DNA of 63,947 nucleotides, filler included, from Octopus bimaculoides (GCF_001194135.2; 11 parts of 11 records of this genome joined end to end with filler, not necessarily neighbours in it), one strand, 5' to 3'. Counted from the whole stretch's first letter, positions 26,400 through 39,764 are shown. Translations and numbers: made by a program. Notes: generated by a model from the letters alone, not told the origin.

Positions 26400-26670
26400 C
26401 TGTCATGGCTTCCGATCTTAACTGATTGGAAGTGTTATCATGTTTATGTTTTGTCTTGGTATAAAAGATGTTCTCAATATCATACATTTGCTTGTCAGTT
26501 GCTTGACCTTAACCAGTTAAGCATGTCACTTAGTGGCTGACAATATGTGCATCTCTGATCGCGAGCAGAAGTAGTGGGGGAACATCATAGCCATCTGTTG
26601 AGAGGAATTCTTTGGAGTTTGAATAATTCACCTTTGGAAACAAGGATGTTTTGTACATCATTCTTAAACA
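26400..26670 (+). mobile_element. Internal piece of the long (AAT)n-associated LINE 3' UTR
   Basis: GATCTTAACTGATTGGAAGTGTTATCATG..GAATAATTCACCTTTGGAAAC matches about 38430-38690. Confidence 0.7.
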
Positions 26671-27035
26671 ATGCCTGAATGGCTCACAGAAGGGAAAACC
26701 ATCTTAATCCCCAAATCCACGGAAACGGAGAAACCACAAAACTATAGACCTATAACCTGTCTCCCTACGATCTACAAAGCCTTTACTGCAATAATATCAC
26801 AGAGAGTGAGTAAACACCTGGAAAATAACAACCTGTTTCCAGAAGAGCAGAAGGGATGCTGCAAGGGCTCATACGGCTGTAAAGATCAATTATTGATCAA
26901 TAAAGCCATAACTGAAGACAGCCGCAGAAAGAAGAAAGGCCTCAGTATAGCCTGGGTGGACTACCAAAAGGCTTTCGACAGTGTTCCCCACACGTGGATT
27001 CTGGAAACACTAGCCATAAACAAGGTGGCACCAAT
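26671..27035 (+). mobile_element. R4/Dong-like RT fragment with an uninterrupted frame (runs into a gap)
   Basis: [55 protein letters not shown]; homologous to about 42430-42790 but without stops. Confidence 0.9.
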
Positions 27036-28129
27036 NNNNNNNNNNNNNNNNNNNNNNNNNNNNNNNNNNNNNNNNNNNNTTAATTAATTAANNNNNNNNN
27101 NNNNNNNNNNNNNNNNNNNNNNNNNNNNNNNNNNNTTAGTGTTCATTATTTTATATATTATTGTTTTTCTACTTGTTTCCTCTAATATGTGTTGTGGTAT
27201 GTTTAAGTGTATTTCACCGCTTTCTTTGGTGATTCATTTTCTCATTTCTATTATTTCTTTTGTTGTGTAGGACACAACAGTTTCACCTTGCTTCAAAGCT
27301 TCAGCAAAGTTTTTGTTTCTGTTATTGTTGTTATTGTTGTTGCTGGTGCTGGCACTGGTATTGGTGGCAGATGTGGTATTTGTGACTGTGTCAGTGGTGT
27401 TGTGGCTTGTATTCATTTTTCCTTCCTCTCTTTCGCTTGCTGCTGGTAAAGAGAGCAAAGGTTGAGTTGAACTGTTGCTGCTGCTGCTGCTGCTGTTGCT
27501 GTTGTTGTTGTTGTTGTCATTGTTGTTGGTGGTGGTGGTGATGATGGCTATGTAATCCCTCAGCCCACTGAGAGATATAACACGCTGAAGACTGAACATT
27601 GAGACAAAAGGTCTTCTACTGTGACCTTGCGAATGTTTATCGGGTATACTTGCAAAAACGAGATACTCTTCATGTGCGACGTGGTCCTTCAAATACTCTG
27701 TTACTATGCAGTTGTTAATGATGCAGCTATTTCTGGCCCTGTCTACCAGCTGGTCTCAGAATCAATATCGGAAACTATACCTGTACCTACAACAAGCGAT
27801 AACATGAAGAGTTGTAGGCAACTATTTCAGCCCATAAAAAAAAGGTTTGGGGCTAGAGGTCAAAGCAATTAAAGAGATTCGTGCAATATTTAAGACAACA
27901 TACAATGATCAGGGCAGCGGTATCTATCCAGACGATAGCAAATGTATACAAAGCTGGATAGTGGGTAAGCACCTTTACCCTTAAATCAGTTCAGGATAAT
28001 AGAAAACAAGAGGTCTTACGTGAAACCGTCACCAGATTGATTCCAAGCCAAGGCTAAAGCTGCACCTTCTACCACATCATGTTCGATATATTCTTTATGC
28101 TGTTAAGACGTGATTTTGTCTTCCAATTT

Positions 28130-28555
28130 TGATACAAGGCCAGCAATTTTGGGGAGGCGATATATCGATCACTTTGAACCTAATGCTCAACAAGCACTTA
28201 TTTTATCGACCCCGAAATGATGAAATGCGAAGTCTACCTTGACAAAATTTGAACTCGGAAAGTAAAGACGGAGAGGAAATGCCATCAACTATCGTTCCCG
28301 TCATGCTAACGATTCTATCAGCTCGCTGCCTTATTAAGCCATAATATTAGTTTCAAATTTGGGCAGAAGATCAGGAAGTTCGGAGGCGCGATGAAGCCAC
28401 TTACACCGACATCCCTGGTACTTATCTTATTGACCCCGAAACGATGAAAGGCAAAGCAGACCTCGGTGGAATTTGAACTCAGAATGCAAAGACGGGCGAA
28501 ATGTCGATAAGCATTTTCTTCGGCGTGCTTACGATTCTGCCGGTTCGCCGCCTTA
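28130..28555 (-). mobile_element. Tandem pair of SINE family A copies
   Basis: Two reverse-complement copies at about 28130-28330 and 28340-28555. Confidence 0.75.
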
Positions 28556-29304
28556 TTGAGCTGTAATTTTGCGGTCTTGTTTTGCATGATATCAACCGTA
28601 TTTTCAAGTGTCAGCTTGACCGATCTCAGTTCAGGCCTGAGGAGAGGCATCTAGTTTTATCACGTCCTGAAGCAATGATTAATGCGTTGGTCTCTTTCAT
28701 TCTCACACTCTCCTTCTCATTCTCTGTCTCTTTCTTTCCCACTCTCCTTCTCCCCCTCTCTCTGTTTTTCTCTGTGTACATTGTGTGCATGAATATATGC
28801 GTTCGTGTGCACGTGCTTGTGTGTGTGTGTATATGGGTGTGTGCGTGTGGGCGTGCGAGCGTGTGTATGTTCGTGTGTTTGTGTTTGTATGTGTGTGTGC
28901 GTGCGCATGCCTTACAACTTAGGGTTTATTTTTTACAACAAGTTAAGAATAACAATAAAACGTTTGACGAGTCGAAGTCTTATTACTAAAAGTTGAGTCA
29001 CGTGTACCATAAAATTCATTTCGAAAGAAATACGGTAAGATATTTTGCGCAACACTCTAACGATTCTGCCAATCCATCATCCAAACCTCAACGGAATCAC
29101 GAGCTGGGCACTTAGAAAAAAGTTTACCTACAGTTCGAAGACCCGTTGATAAGAATTTAAAGCATTTAGAGGTAAAGTAAAGTTCAAAATTACTTTACGG
29201 TCAGCAGTAAACTATTTTCATCAACTTGGTCATTATGGGGGAGTATCTAAAAGTTAGTCACGCTTACGCTCTTAAGTACAATTAATCTATGGTAAGACAA
29301 GAAA

Positions 29305-29516
29305 TGGCAAGCTTGCAGGATCGTTAGCATGCTGGACAAAATACTTAGCGGCATTGCGTCCGTTCTTACGTTTAATATCCAGATTCCGCTGTGGTCGACT
29401 TTGCCTTTCATTTTTTGTGAGTCGATAAAGTAATTACCTGGTGAGTACTGGGAACGATATAATCGACTTACACCCCGGAAAGAAATTTCTGACCTTGTGC
29501 CAAAATTTAAAACCAA
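29305..29516 (+). mobile_element. SINE family A (diverged)
   Basis: GCAGGATCGTTAGCATGCTGGACAAAATACTTAGCGGC..GGTCGACTTTGCCTTTCAT. Confidence 0.7.
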
Positions 29517-31419
29517 TATTTGAGAAGACAAGTGTCCTAGTGGCCAAGGTTATTGTTTCGATTCCATACAATAATTTCTGTAGTCTTGACCAAAATACCA
29601 CATTATACAATACTCCAGTTAACTCAGGAGAAGATGAGCACCAGCACTCCTTGACAATGGTGTTGGATTCAGGCTGTGGTAGGAGATTTCTACTTTGGGT
29701 CGCTTATACACTTGAGAAAGACTTGGCTGATATTTCTAGCATGTCGAGTGGACATGTAGCAGTCGTTTCATTGGCTTAAAGTCAGTAGATGTAATTTAAC
29801 GAAGCCGAATGCAAGGATGTATGTATTTACACATACTTTGCATATATTGCAACTGTGCTTGCATATATGAATATGTATATCGACTAGAAAATCGGATGTT
29901 ATTATACACCGCTGGCTTTAATGCGACTCCTCGTATTATTTTTGCTTTCGAATGATGCCATTCTCCTGGCCTGACGGACAGTCCAATAAATATATATGTA
30001 TGTGCGTGTGTGTATGTTCTACTTATTGTCAATATATGAAATCCAGATGCTGCGCATTGTAGCAGTCGCAGAAATGCGAACGTGACAGACTGAATTCCTT
30101 AAAATATTTCATTTCTTCTATTTCCTTTCCGATTTAAAATCTTCCTGAAGATTTTCTTTTCGCTTACATAAAAACTTTGCTGTAGCAACAATGAATCCTA
30201 CACAACAGGCATTTAATCAGAAGTTTCTCAGTTGTGAGCAGTACAGTTCTTAGTCAAAATCTAAACAGACTACTGCTTCGGGGTCTCACAATATACAAAT
30301 GCCTCTCTCTCTTTCTGTATATATATATATATATATATANNNNNNNNNNNNNNNNNNNNNNNNNNNNNNNNNNNNNNNNNNNNTTAATTAATTAANNNNN
30401 NNNNNNNNNNNNNNNNNNNNNNNNNNNNNNNNNNNNNNNATATATATATATATATATATATATAAATCTGCAATCTTTATATCGTACTTAAAGCATATAT
30501 AATGTTGAAAGCCTTCTAAGCTGCATCATTCAGCTCGAGAAAGTATCATTTGAATGTGTATAGTGCTAGGAAAACACTAAATGTATCAACAACAGAAGTA
30601 ATTGCTAGCTTTCTTTTTAAACATTATATTGAGAAAAGGGGAGATCGACAGTATTTGGGAAAAAGAATTTTTTTTCATTTGGTCATTATTATTAGCGCTT
30701 TCGTTCGTTTTTCAAACTTGTCAACTAAGATCTTTTTGTGAATATACAAACAGGTTGTTTATTTATTTATTTACAACATGTTTTTTTTTTTGTTTTGTTT
30801 AGAAGAGAAGAACATTATTTATGATTTTTGGGGGGAGGAGGTGAGGTTCCAGGTCAAAGGAGATAGATAAACAGAAAATAGGTAGAGAGAGGGGGAGGTA
30901 GGAAGGTAGGGACGGACACTTCAATTTTTACTTCCATTTATTTATTTATTTGTATAATTAGTCATGAGTTGGAGGTTGGTGGTCTCTCCTAGGATAGGGT
31001 GAGGTCATCACTGAGAACATTGTTTTTTTTTCTCTTTTTTTCTTTTTTATCGTTTTTTCCGTGTTTTCCCTTTTTTTTTCTTTTTCTTAAGGTGCCAGAG
31101 GGAAGATAAAATGTTCTATGAAAATTTAAATATATATGTATGTATATGTGTGCATCTGTGTGCTTGCGTATATGTGTGTGAGTGTGTGTGTGCATATGTA
31201 TGCCTATGAGTTCATGTGTTTGGAAATATGTCTATGTCTATACTATGCAATTTCGATGTTTTGCATTGAAAGATAAAGTCGGGTTTCTTTTCATTTCATG
31301 TTTTTGCATGAAAAAACATTAGTACAATATTTACAAATTAGAAAAATAAAATCCAATGTTATAGAGATGAACATCGTGCTATAAAAATTGAAGCGGAAAC
31401 AACAGTAATAGTGTATTTA

Positions 31420-31580
31420 CTGGTGTGTTTACGTCCCCGTAACTTAGCGGTTCGGCAAAAAGAGACCGATAGAAGTAGTACTAGGCTTCCAAAGAATAAG
31501 TCCTGGGGTCGATTTGCTCGACTAAAGGCGGTGCCCCAGCATGGCCGCAATCAAATGACTGAAACAAGTAAAAGTGAGTA
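31420..31580 (+). mobile_element. SINE family B, 3' half
   Basis: GGTGTGTTTACGTCCCCGTAACTTAGCGGTTCGGCAAAAAGAGACCGATAG..AAGGCGGTGCCCCAGCATGGCCGCAATCAAATGACTGAAAC. Confidence 0.8.
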
Positions 31581-32229
31581 AAAGAGAGTATACAAGTGTA
31601 ACCAGTCGAAAGCTCTGCATATCGGATGCTAGAAAGTTTATGGGGTCATCAGGAAAGAATATGCCGCTGCAGGCAATGGTTTTCTTCGAAACCATCCAAA
31701 CAATAGGCGGAATTAATTTAACTTGAAACATGTCACTGGGGAAAGCTTCAAATATTGACTGATATTTTATGATGCAAAACAAAATCGACAATCTCCAGTG
31801 TAAAACAAATACACATTTATAGAGACATACGCCTCGACGTGTGTACACAGACACATACGTACACCATGAAAAACCCAATAATGCGTATGTCAATATTGAC
31901 GTTCTATACATATGTGTATACTTACACACATGACACACATGCGCATATGTAATTCTGAGGCTACAAACATGAGGAAAATGTACTCAATACAGAAATAGAG
32001 TGCAAATATTCATTTTTACTGCAGCGACAAACTCTCATTTGCTAACCTGTGTATCTCAGTCTCTTGTCACTTGGTTAACGACAGTAGTGGCGATGTGAAA
32101 ATCGGTGCAATAGCAGAAAGTAATTTCTGCAATACAATATATATATATTTCGTATGTGTATTTCGTGTGCAAGATTCTTGATGTGGATACGTGTGTTGAA
32201 AGAAATACAATTAAACCTTGGGAGAGGCA

Positions 32230-32459
32230 TTATGCCGGTAATAAACACACGCACTGGTTCAGTCCTTTATTAATTTATTAATTCATACCGAACAGTTTCG
32301 AAACAACGCCAAAACAACGCCAGATCATACATTCAAAATAAATGGAAGTGGAGAGACAAGTTACGGAAGCGATTGCAAGAGTGCAATGAAATAATTTAAC
32401 AAAAAACTATATAAATTAATAAAGGACTGAACCAGTGCGTGTGTTTATTACCGGCATAA
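32230..32459. repeat. 49-bp perfect inverted repeat with a 132-bp spacer
   Basis: 32230-32278 is the exact reverse complement of 32411-32459; the right arm runs into the gap. Confidence 0.9.
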
Positions 32460-33677
32460 NNNNNNNNNNNNNNNNNNNNNNNNNNNNNNNNNNNNNNNNN
32501 NNNNNNNNNNNNNNNNNNNNNNNNNNNNNNNNNNNNNNNNNNNNNNNNNNNNNNNNNNNNNNNNNNNNNNNNNNNNNNNNNNNNNNNNNNNNNNNNNNNN
32601 NNNNNNNNNNNNNNNNNNNNNNNNNNNNNNNNNNNNNNNNNNNNNNNNNNNNNNNNNNNNNNNNNNNNNNNNNNNNNNNNNNNNNNNNNNNNNNNNNNNN
32701 NNNNNNNNNNNNNNNNNNNNNNNNNNNNNNNNNNNNNNNNNNNNNNNNNNNNNNNNNNNNNNNNNNNNNNNNNNNNNNNNNNNNNNNNNNNNNNNNNNNN
32801 NNNNNNNNNNNNNNNNNNNNNNNNNNNNNNNNNNNNNNNNNNNNNNNNNNNNNNNNNNNNNNNNNNNNNNNNNNNNNNNNNNNNNNNNNNNNNNNNNNNN
32901 NNNNNNNNNNNNNNNNNNNNNNNNNNNNNNNNNNNNNNNNNNNNNNNNNNNNNNNNNNNNNNNNNNNNNNNNNNNNNNNNNNNNNNNNNNNNNNNNNNNN
33001 NNNNNNNNNNNNNNNNNNNNNNNNNNNNNNNNNNNNNNNNNNNNNNNNNNNNNNNNNNNNNNNNNNNNNNNNNNNNNNNNNNNNNNNNNNNNNNNNNNNN
33101 NNNNNNNNNNNNNNNNNNNNNNNNNNNNNNNNNNNNNNNNNNNNNNNNNNNNNNNNNNNNNACAAACACTCATACACTGTTCAACTCATTATTCACTTCA
33201 CACACCATTACACGCACACGCACACACACCCAGAAACACCTTCCCACCTCACACACGCTAGCACCGAATACTTCTGAGCACCCACACCACACACACTCTT
33301 CAACTGTGTCACCACAAATACCACTGTACGAGCAGTCACGTAGACTCTTTAACTCAGTGAACACACCACGCACTATCCTGCACACTCCCACACCCTCACA
33401 AGCGCATAACACTTGAACAAGCACACCTCAACTGTTACACACCGACGCGCTTTGGTCACACGCATACACACACACACACACTCACACGTTAGCCCCATAC
33501 ATATACTCACGTCCATACGCATACACACACATATACACGTCCATACTCGTACACACACATACACACACCATTCTCACACACACGCGCGCGCTAGGAGGTA
33601 CATGTCAATAGACGGGTGATTCGATCAGAATGTGTAATCTGATCGAAACATCCGTGTGTTGACATGTACCTACTTAC

Positions 33678-33836
33678 ATTAAACTTCGCTTAATCAATAT
33701 ACCCTTCTCCTGAAGAGTAACCTGCGGTATACACCTCGCTTGGATATTTACCACATCACAGAGCGCAAACCTCCGCCCAGGCAACACCAACGTCCTCTCA
33801 AAGATTAGCCAGAGATGATTTTTAAAATGAGAACAT
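33678..33836 (-). CDS. Candidate internal exon (159 nt, phase 2-2), product unrecognised
   Basis: Acceptor TTTATTTCAG, donor GTAAGT, and one open frame (CSHFKNHLWLIFERTLVLPGRRFALCDVVNIQARCIPQVTLQEKGILIKRSL). Confidence 0.25.
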
Positions 33837-34090
33837 CTGAAATAAACTTGACTACTTTCACAAGCGAGAATACTAAAAATGAACCCGATTGCACTCAAAA
33901 ATTAAGTAAAAAAAAAAAAGGAAAAATAATACAGAATCCTTGTCCGATACCGGATCGATCCCCAAATCAAATCAGTTGGGGCCAGTCCCTGAAAGTTTCA
34001 TTCGAATCCAGTTCTTGAGATATATTGTCCACAGACAAACAAACATGACTGAAAACAATATCTCCGCCTTCGCTAATAAAATAAATGCGC

Positions 34091-34331
34091 CCTTTTAAAG
34101 CCTAGCCAGGATCATGGGCCCGGTTTCCCGGTTTCAATGGCGTATGTGTTCCCCAGCTGGACGGGACGCCAGTCCATCGCAGCGTTACTCAGTTTTGGCA
34201 GCTGAGGAGACTGGAGCAACGTGAAATGAAGTGTTTTGCTCAAGAACACAACGCGTCGCCTGGTCCAGGAATCGAAACCTCAATCTTATGATCATGGTGC
34301 TGACACCCTAACCACCAAACCACGCGCCTCC
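34091..34331 (-). mobile_element. SINE family C with an alternative 3' tail
   Basis: Same head and body as 9781-10118, but ends ..GAAACCGGGAAACCGGGCCCATGATCCTGGCTAGGCTTTAAAAGG. Confidence 0.75.
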
Positions 34332-34823
34332 ACCCGCCTTCGCTAAGGCGAAGGCGAAGGTAATAATGAGAATAAAACATAGTTAAATGCCCATACGGGC
34401 GAGTGTGTGTATGTGTTTGTATATATATATGGGACTGAACCCGGAATCCCGTTGTTGTGAAGTAAACGTCTTACCACAGAGCCGTTCAGGTTGGCCATCG
34501 AATCTATATCACATTTGGATAAACAATTCTCCATGCTTGTATGGAACCGCTTGTAATATGACGCTAATTACTTTCAGCGTTCATGCAGCTCTTGTTATCT
34601 TAGCGATTGTAAAATGAAGCATCTTAACTGCGATATTGGTTTCATGTTCTTCCAGGAATTATCAAGAATCTATTGATTTTAAAATGATATCTGTTCTACC
34701 TTAAAACAGGAAAGACACCTAGAAATGAATATCGGTTCGCTGGTTTATTTGAAAATGATACCGGTTGCTTTTTTATTATCTATAAGTGCCGTTACTATAG
34801 AGACATTGTCGCATTATCACATA

Positions 34824-35041
34824 CGAGGGGTTGCTGAAAAATTCCTGGGTTTTGGGTGAAAGAAAATACAAGATGATCTGTTAATTATGATTTTATTCAA
34901 CACATTTCCCTCCCAGAATCACACACTTGTTGAAGCGGTCCTTCGGTTTCTCTAAGCCCTGTAAAAGAACTCGGAAGGTTGGGCTTCCAGCCAGGCCTTT
35001 CGGGAGACACTTAAAACCAGTAAATTTCCAGTACACCCTCG
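34824..35041. mobile_element. Mariner-derived MITE with TA target-site duplication
   Basis: TA|CGAGGGGTTGCTGAAAAATTCCTGG .. CCAGTAAATTTCCAGTACACCCTCG|TA. Confidence 0.75.
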
Positions 35042-35305
35042 TAAATAGCGTTTACTGAAGCTTCAGAACGCTGTATCCTGTTTTTATATCGAATCATATA
35101 TTTCACTCAAGTATATGGTTGTGTGGTAAAACGTTTGCTTTCCAGCCGCATGGTTTCGTGTTCAGTCCTGCTCTGTGGATCTTGAAAAAAATGTATCCTA
35201 CTTTGTCCTCGGGCAGACCTAAGCCTTCTGGAAATTTAGCTGCTATTTCTAGTAGGTCGGCTGTGCTCCCATTTTCTTTTCTCGAATATAATTCCTGTTG
35301 ACATT

Positions 35306-35336
<31 letters not shown>

Positions 35337-36875
35337 ATGATGATGTTGTTGCTGCTGATGATGAGGTTATTGTTGTTATTGTTGCTGTTGAACTTGAACA
35401 CTCTTAATGATGTTGTAATTGTCATTGTAGATTTCAACTATTACTGCTGTTGTTGCTATGGCGACAGTTGTTTGACACCAGCTCAGTCCTGATCAAGCAG
35501 CAGGCATATAGAAAAATGTCGTTCCAACCGTGACAATTCCGCCTTTTTTCCAACATTCACGGACGCCTCACCGCATTTTGCAGCAAGTTATATTTGTAGA
35601 CACTAAGATGTGATGATTTGAGGGAAATTTGACTACTATTTNNNNNNNNNNNNNNNNNNNNNNNNNNNNNNNNNNNNNNNNNNNNNNNNNNNNNNNNNNN
35701 NNNNNNNNNNNNNNNNNNNNNNNNNNNNNNNNNNNNNNNNNNNNNNNNNNNNNNNNNNNNNNNNNNNNNNNNNNNNNNNNNNNNNNNNNNNNNNNNNNNN
35801 NNNNNNNNNNNNNNNNNNNNNNNNNNNNNNNNNNAGTGCCAAAATAATTAGCTAAAAATATTATAGTCATCGTTCCCATAGCGACAGTTTGGTTATCAGT
35901 TGTCAATGTCGCCGCCGTCATCTTCGTGGTGGTGGTGGTGGTGGTGGTCGTCGTCGTCGTCGTTGTTGTCACCATCAGTGTCATTGCTGTTTGGCCCCAG
36001 GTCAATCCTCATCGAAGAAATATTTAATCAAATCTATTATTCTCTTGACAATTTCCTACATTTTACGAATTTGCATGGCAACCATAATCTGACATGTCCT
36101 TCCGTTTGTAATTTTTTTTTCTATTTTAGAAAGCAGCACAGCGTAAACTGAGGGAGACTTGACAGCTATTTTTAACGGTTGTCATTAATGCGTAGCCACA
36201 GGACATCTCTAATAAAGTAAACCAATAATCACAAACACTCCACCCGTGACCAGCTCCGCTTTTTATCCAAACTCAGATGCGACATTACCGGATGTATCCT
36301 TTTCTATGTCGGCAGTGTGTGATTTGAGGGAGGTTTGGCTGTTATTCTTATCAAATCAAGTAGACTCTGTAGAGTGTCCTTTGTTGGTCTGCTATAAGAC
36401 GAAAATTAGGAAGAAAAATAGAAGAGAAAAACCGATCTCAATAACTCACCATGTTATTACATCCACATCGTATTTGGTGTTCAATACTTTAGATCGAATC
36501 TAATTCATATAAGCCAATAAATTCGGTACTGATTAGGTTGTTACGTTTAATTACTTAAAAATTGATTTTCTTCAATTCGGTTTCTATAGAGATAATGGTT
36601 TTATAATCTCCCTCTATATCACTCGTCATCAAGAAAATAACTTCAGGGGAAAATGCAATTAATATATTGAGAGGATTAATTTTATAATTACTATACAAGT
36701 TGGGTTTTCAGATAAAATCGTTCTCTTCTTTCCTGTGTTATTTGAATTAACACGGAAATATATTTTTATCGTAGGATTTTACCGGTTTTTTTCCTGCTTT
36801 TGTAACTCAACTTCTCTCTACAACTTTTGCTAATTATTTTTTAAATTTTAATAAATCTTAACTCTTTTCAGAAAT

Positions 36876-37560
36876 ATGAAGATGGAGTGCCAAGTCGAAA
36901 AAGAAAATTAACATTTTTCACTACCAGCTCCTCTTCGCTTTCAGTCAAGGTTCCAAAGCTGCCAAATAGCTCGAAATATGTTTGTTGTGTCTGGAAAATG
37001 TGTTATTAAAGAACTGTAAAACAAAATAGTTTTTACACTTCAAGGAGGAGACATTCGACCTCGCAAACTCTCCACGTTCCGGTTAATCTGTTCAGTTCAG
37101 TGACGACCGATTGAACAAGATCATCTTCGAGGACCCACACAATCCTGTAGAAAATTGGCCCAGCAGATGGGATGCTGATATGGTACCGTCGCCCGTCACC
37201 TTCACTTGATGGGTAAGGTCCAAAAAACTCGGTGCATGAGTGCCACATGCTCTGAACGAAAAAGAGCAGCTCCAGAACTCCTCCATCGCTGTCAGTTTTC
37301 TCGCACAAAAACCAGGCTACTTATGGACACAGAGATTCCTTTATTTCAACGGCACCAGCGATGAAAATGGTGTCTTTGTGTCAAATGTGAAACAGAAGAC
37401 AAAAGAATGAAAGAGTTTCGATAAGCAAACAACACCTTGAGCCAATCCAGAGCTGCATCCATGCAAGACTATGATCTGCATTTGGTAGAATTGAGAAAAA
37501 CTAACCTTCAAAGAAATGCTTGAAAACAACCAGCAAATACACCGGTTCAACGAGATAATC
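36876..37560 (+). pseudogene. Mariner transposase relic
   Basis: MECQVEK..LLFAFSQGSKAAK.., decayed WVPHAL (*VPHAL) and LHPCKTMICIW (LHPKKxMLCVWW); many frameshifts. Confidence 0.75.
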
Positions 37561-37703
37561 CAAATCAAGTCGTCAAGTGTCTTCAAGTGCGTTATCAATT
37601 TGATGTTTGAGCTTTTGTTGCTTAGTAGTTTGTTTGCACAAGTTTGGAAAGTATCATTACATATGATCTTTCATAGAATAACGATCCTTTATCTATTATA
37701 TAC

Positions 37704-37777
<74 letters not shown>

Positions 37778-38204
37778 NNNNNNNNNNNNNNNNNNNNNNN
37801 NNNNNNNNNNNNNNNNNNNNNNNNNNNNNNNNNNNNNNNNNNNNNNNNNNNNNNNNNNNNNNNNNNNNNNNNNNNNNNNNNNNNNNNNNNNNNNNNNNNN
37901 NNNNNNNNNNNNNNNNNNNNNNNNNNNNNNNNNNNNNNNNNNNNNNNNNNNNNNNNNNNNNNNNNNNNNNNNNNNNNNNNNNNNNNNNNNNNNNNNNNNN
38001 NNNNNNNNNNNNNNNNNNNNNNNNNNNNNNNNNNNNNNNNNNNNNNNNNNNNNNNNNNNNNNNNNNNNNNNNNNNNNNNNNNNNNNNNNNNNNNNNNNNN
38101 NNNNNNNNNNNNNNNNNNNNNNNNNNNNNNNNNNNNNNNNNNNNNNNNNNNNNNNNNNNNNNNNNNNNNNNNNNNNNNNNNNNNNNNNNNNNNNNNNNNN
38201 NNNN

Positions 38205-38254
<50 letters not shown>

Positions 38255-38255
38255 G

Positions 38256-38304
<49 letters not shown>

Positions 38305-38379
38305 TTATGATAATGATAATAATAATAATAATAATGAGAAGAAGAAGAAGAAGAAGAAGAAGAAGAAGAATGATAATAA

Positions 38380-38912
38380 TATGCCCTGATACAATATCAG
38401 GCCCTCATAGCTTTTGATCTTAACATCTTAACTGATTGGAAGTGTTACCATGTACATGTTTTGTCTTGGTTTAAAAGATGGACCTCAGCAAATATTCTGC
38501 TCAATACCACAGATCTGCTTGTCAGTTGTTTGACCTTAACCAGTCGAGCATGTCCCTTGGTGGCTGACGATATATGAATCTCTGATCGCAAGCAGAAGAA
38601 GTTGGGGAGCATCATGTATTAAGAGGAATTCTTTGGCATTTGAATAATTCACCTCTGGAAACATGGGTGTTTTGTTCAACATCCTTAAACAAGCCTTATT
38701 CGGGGACTTTTTTGTGTGGGATGGGCTACTCGACCCGAAGAAAATTCTAACTGGGATCCACCTGCAAAGTCATGCGTTGTTTATCCTGATATGAAATCAC
38801 CATGTCACGCACGTGTAGTTGTGATGCATATGCCTGGTGTACCCTTATCAGACGGGTAGTCATGATGGGTATACCCCAGTGTCACTTTGATGGCATGCGC
38901 TGCTTTCTCAAG
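38380..38912 (+). mobile_element. About 530-bp LINE 3' UTR-type element inside (AAT)n
   Basis: Flanked on both sides by AAT-rich triplet repeats; ends CCCCAGTGTCACTTTGATGGCATGCGCTGCTTTCTC. Confidence 0.7.
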
Positions 38913-38922
38913 AATAATAATC

Positions 38923-38976
<54 letters not shown>

Positions 38977-39764
38977 TTAATAATAATCGTTTCAAATTTT
39001 GGTACAGGGCCAGCAATTTCGCGAGAATGGGGTAGTCGATAACATCAGCCCTAGTGCTCAACTGGTACTTAATTCATCGACTCCGTGTTTTGTTTATAGA
39101 TTTTATTTAATTTCTCAGATTTCTCTCCTGCAGAGAACCCAAGTCCTTTCCGATCATCACCGTCCCCAAAACGTCACCATTTATTGATAATCCATATTTA
39201 CTTCATTTCAAGGAGAACAATACTTCTCTGAGATCTTTCTAACCACCCTGCATCCTTGATAAACTTCGCTTTATCACTCTAGAATTTTCTTTCGAATATA
39301 CCCTTTTACACTTCCGAAAGAGCTTTTTTTAAAATCTATATTTACTTTTCTCTCATCATCTCTTCTTGTAGTCTTCAAGTATGTTATCTATTTAATGTTC
39401 GGCTGAACAGTTTGTTTGCATAAATTTGGAAAGTATCGCTACGTATATTCTGATCTTTCTTAGAATAACAATCCTTTATCTGCGTTCGTAATCTATGATG
39501 ACGGTCTATTTGTTCTACCTTGCGTTGTATCTATCTACTTCTTTCGTATTTCCAAAACTCTACTAAAAAATTTGTGGAAAAGGAACGTAAAAGGTGTTTA
39601 TTTGACAAACTGAATGTTAAAGCATCATCATTATTATTCGTTTTAACTGGTAAATAATTCGGTATTAACGGTTAGATCGAAGTAGATAAGCTACGCATTA
39701 ATATTATTATTGTTATTATTATTATTGCTATTATTATTATTGTTGTTGTTGTTGAATGAGAGAG

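Noticed and set aside
29441-29779. 112-aa ORF as a gene
   Set aside because: It starts inside a SINE A copy and ends in another repeat fragment (TTGGCTGATATTTCTAGCATGTCGAG); no domain recognised.
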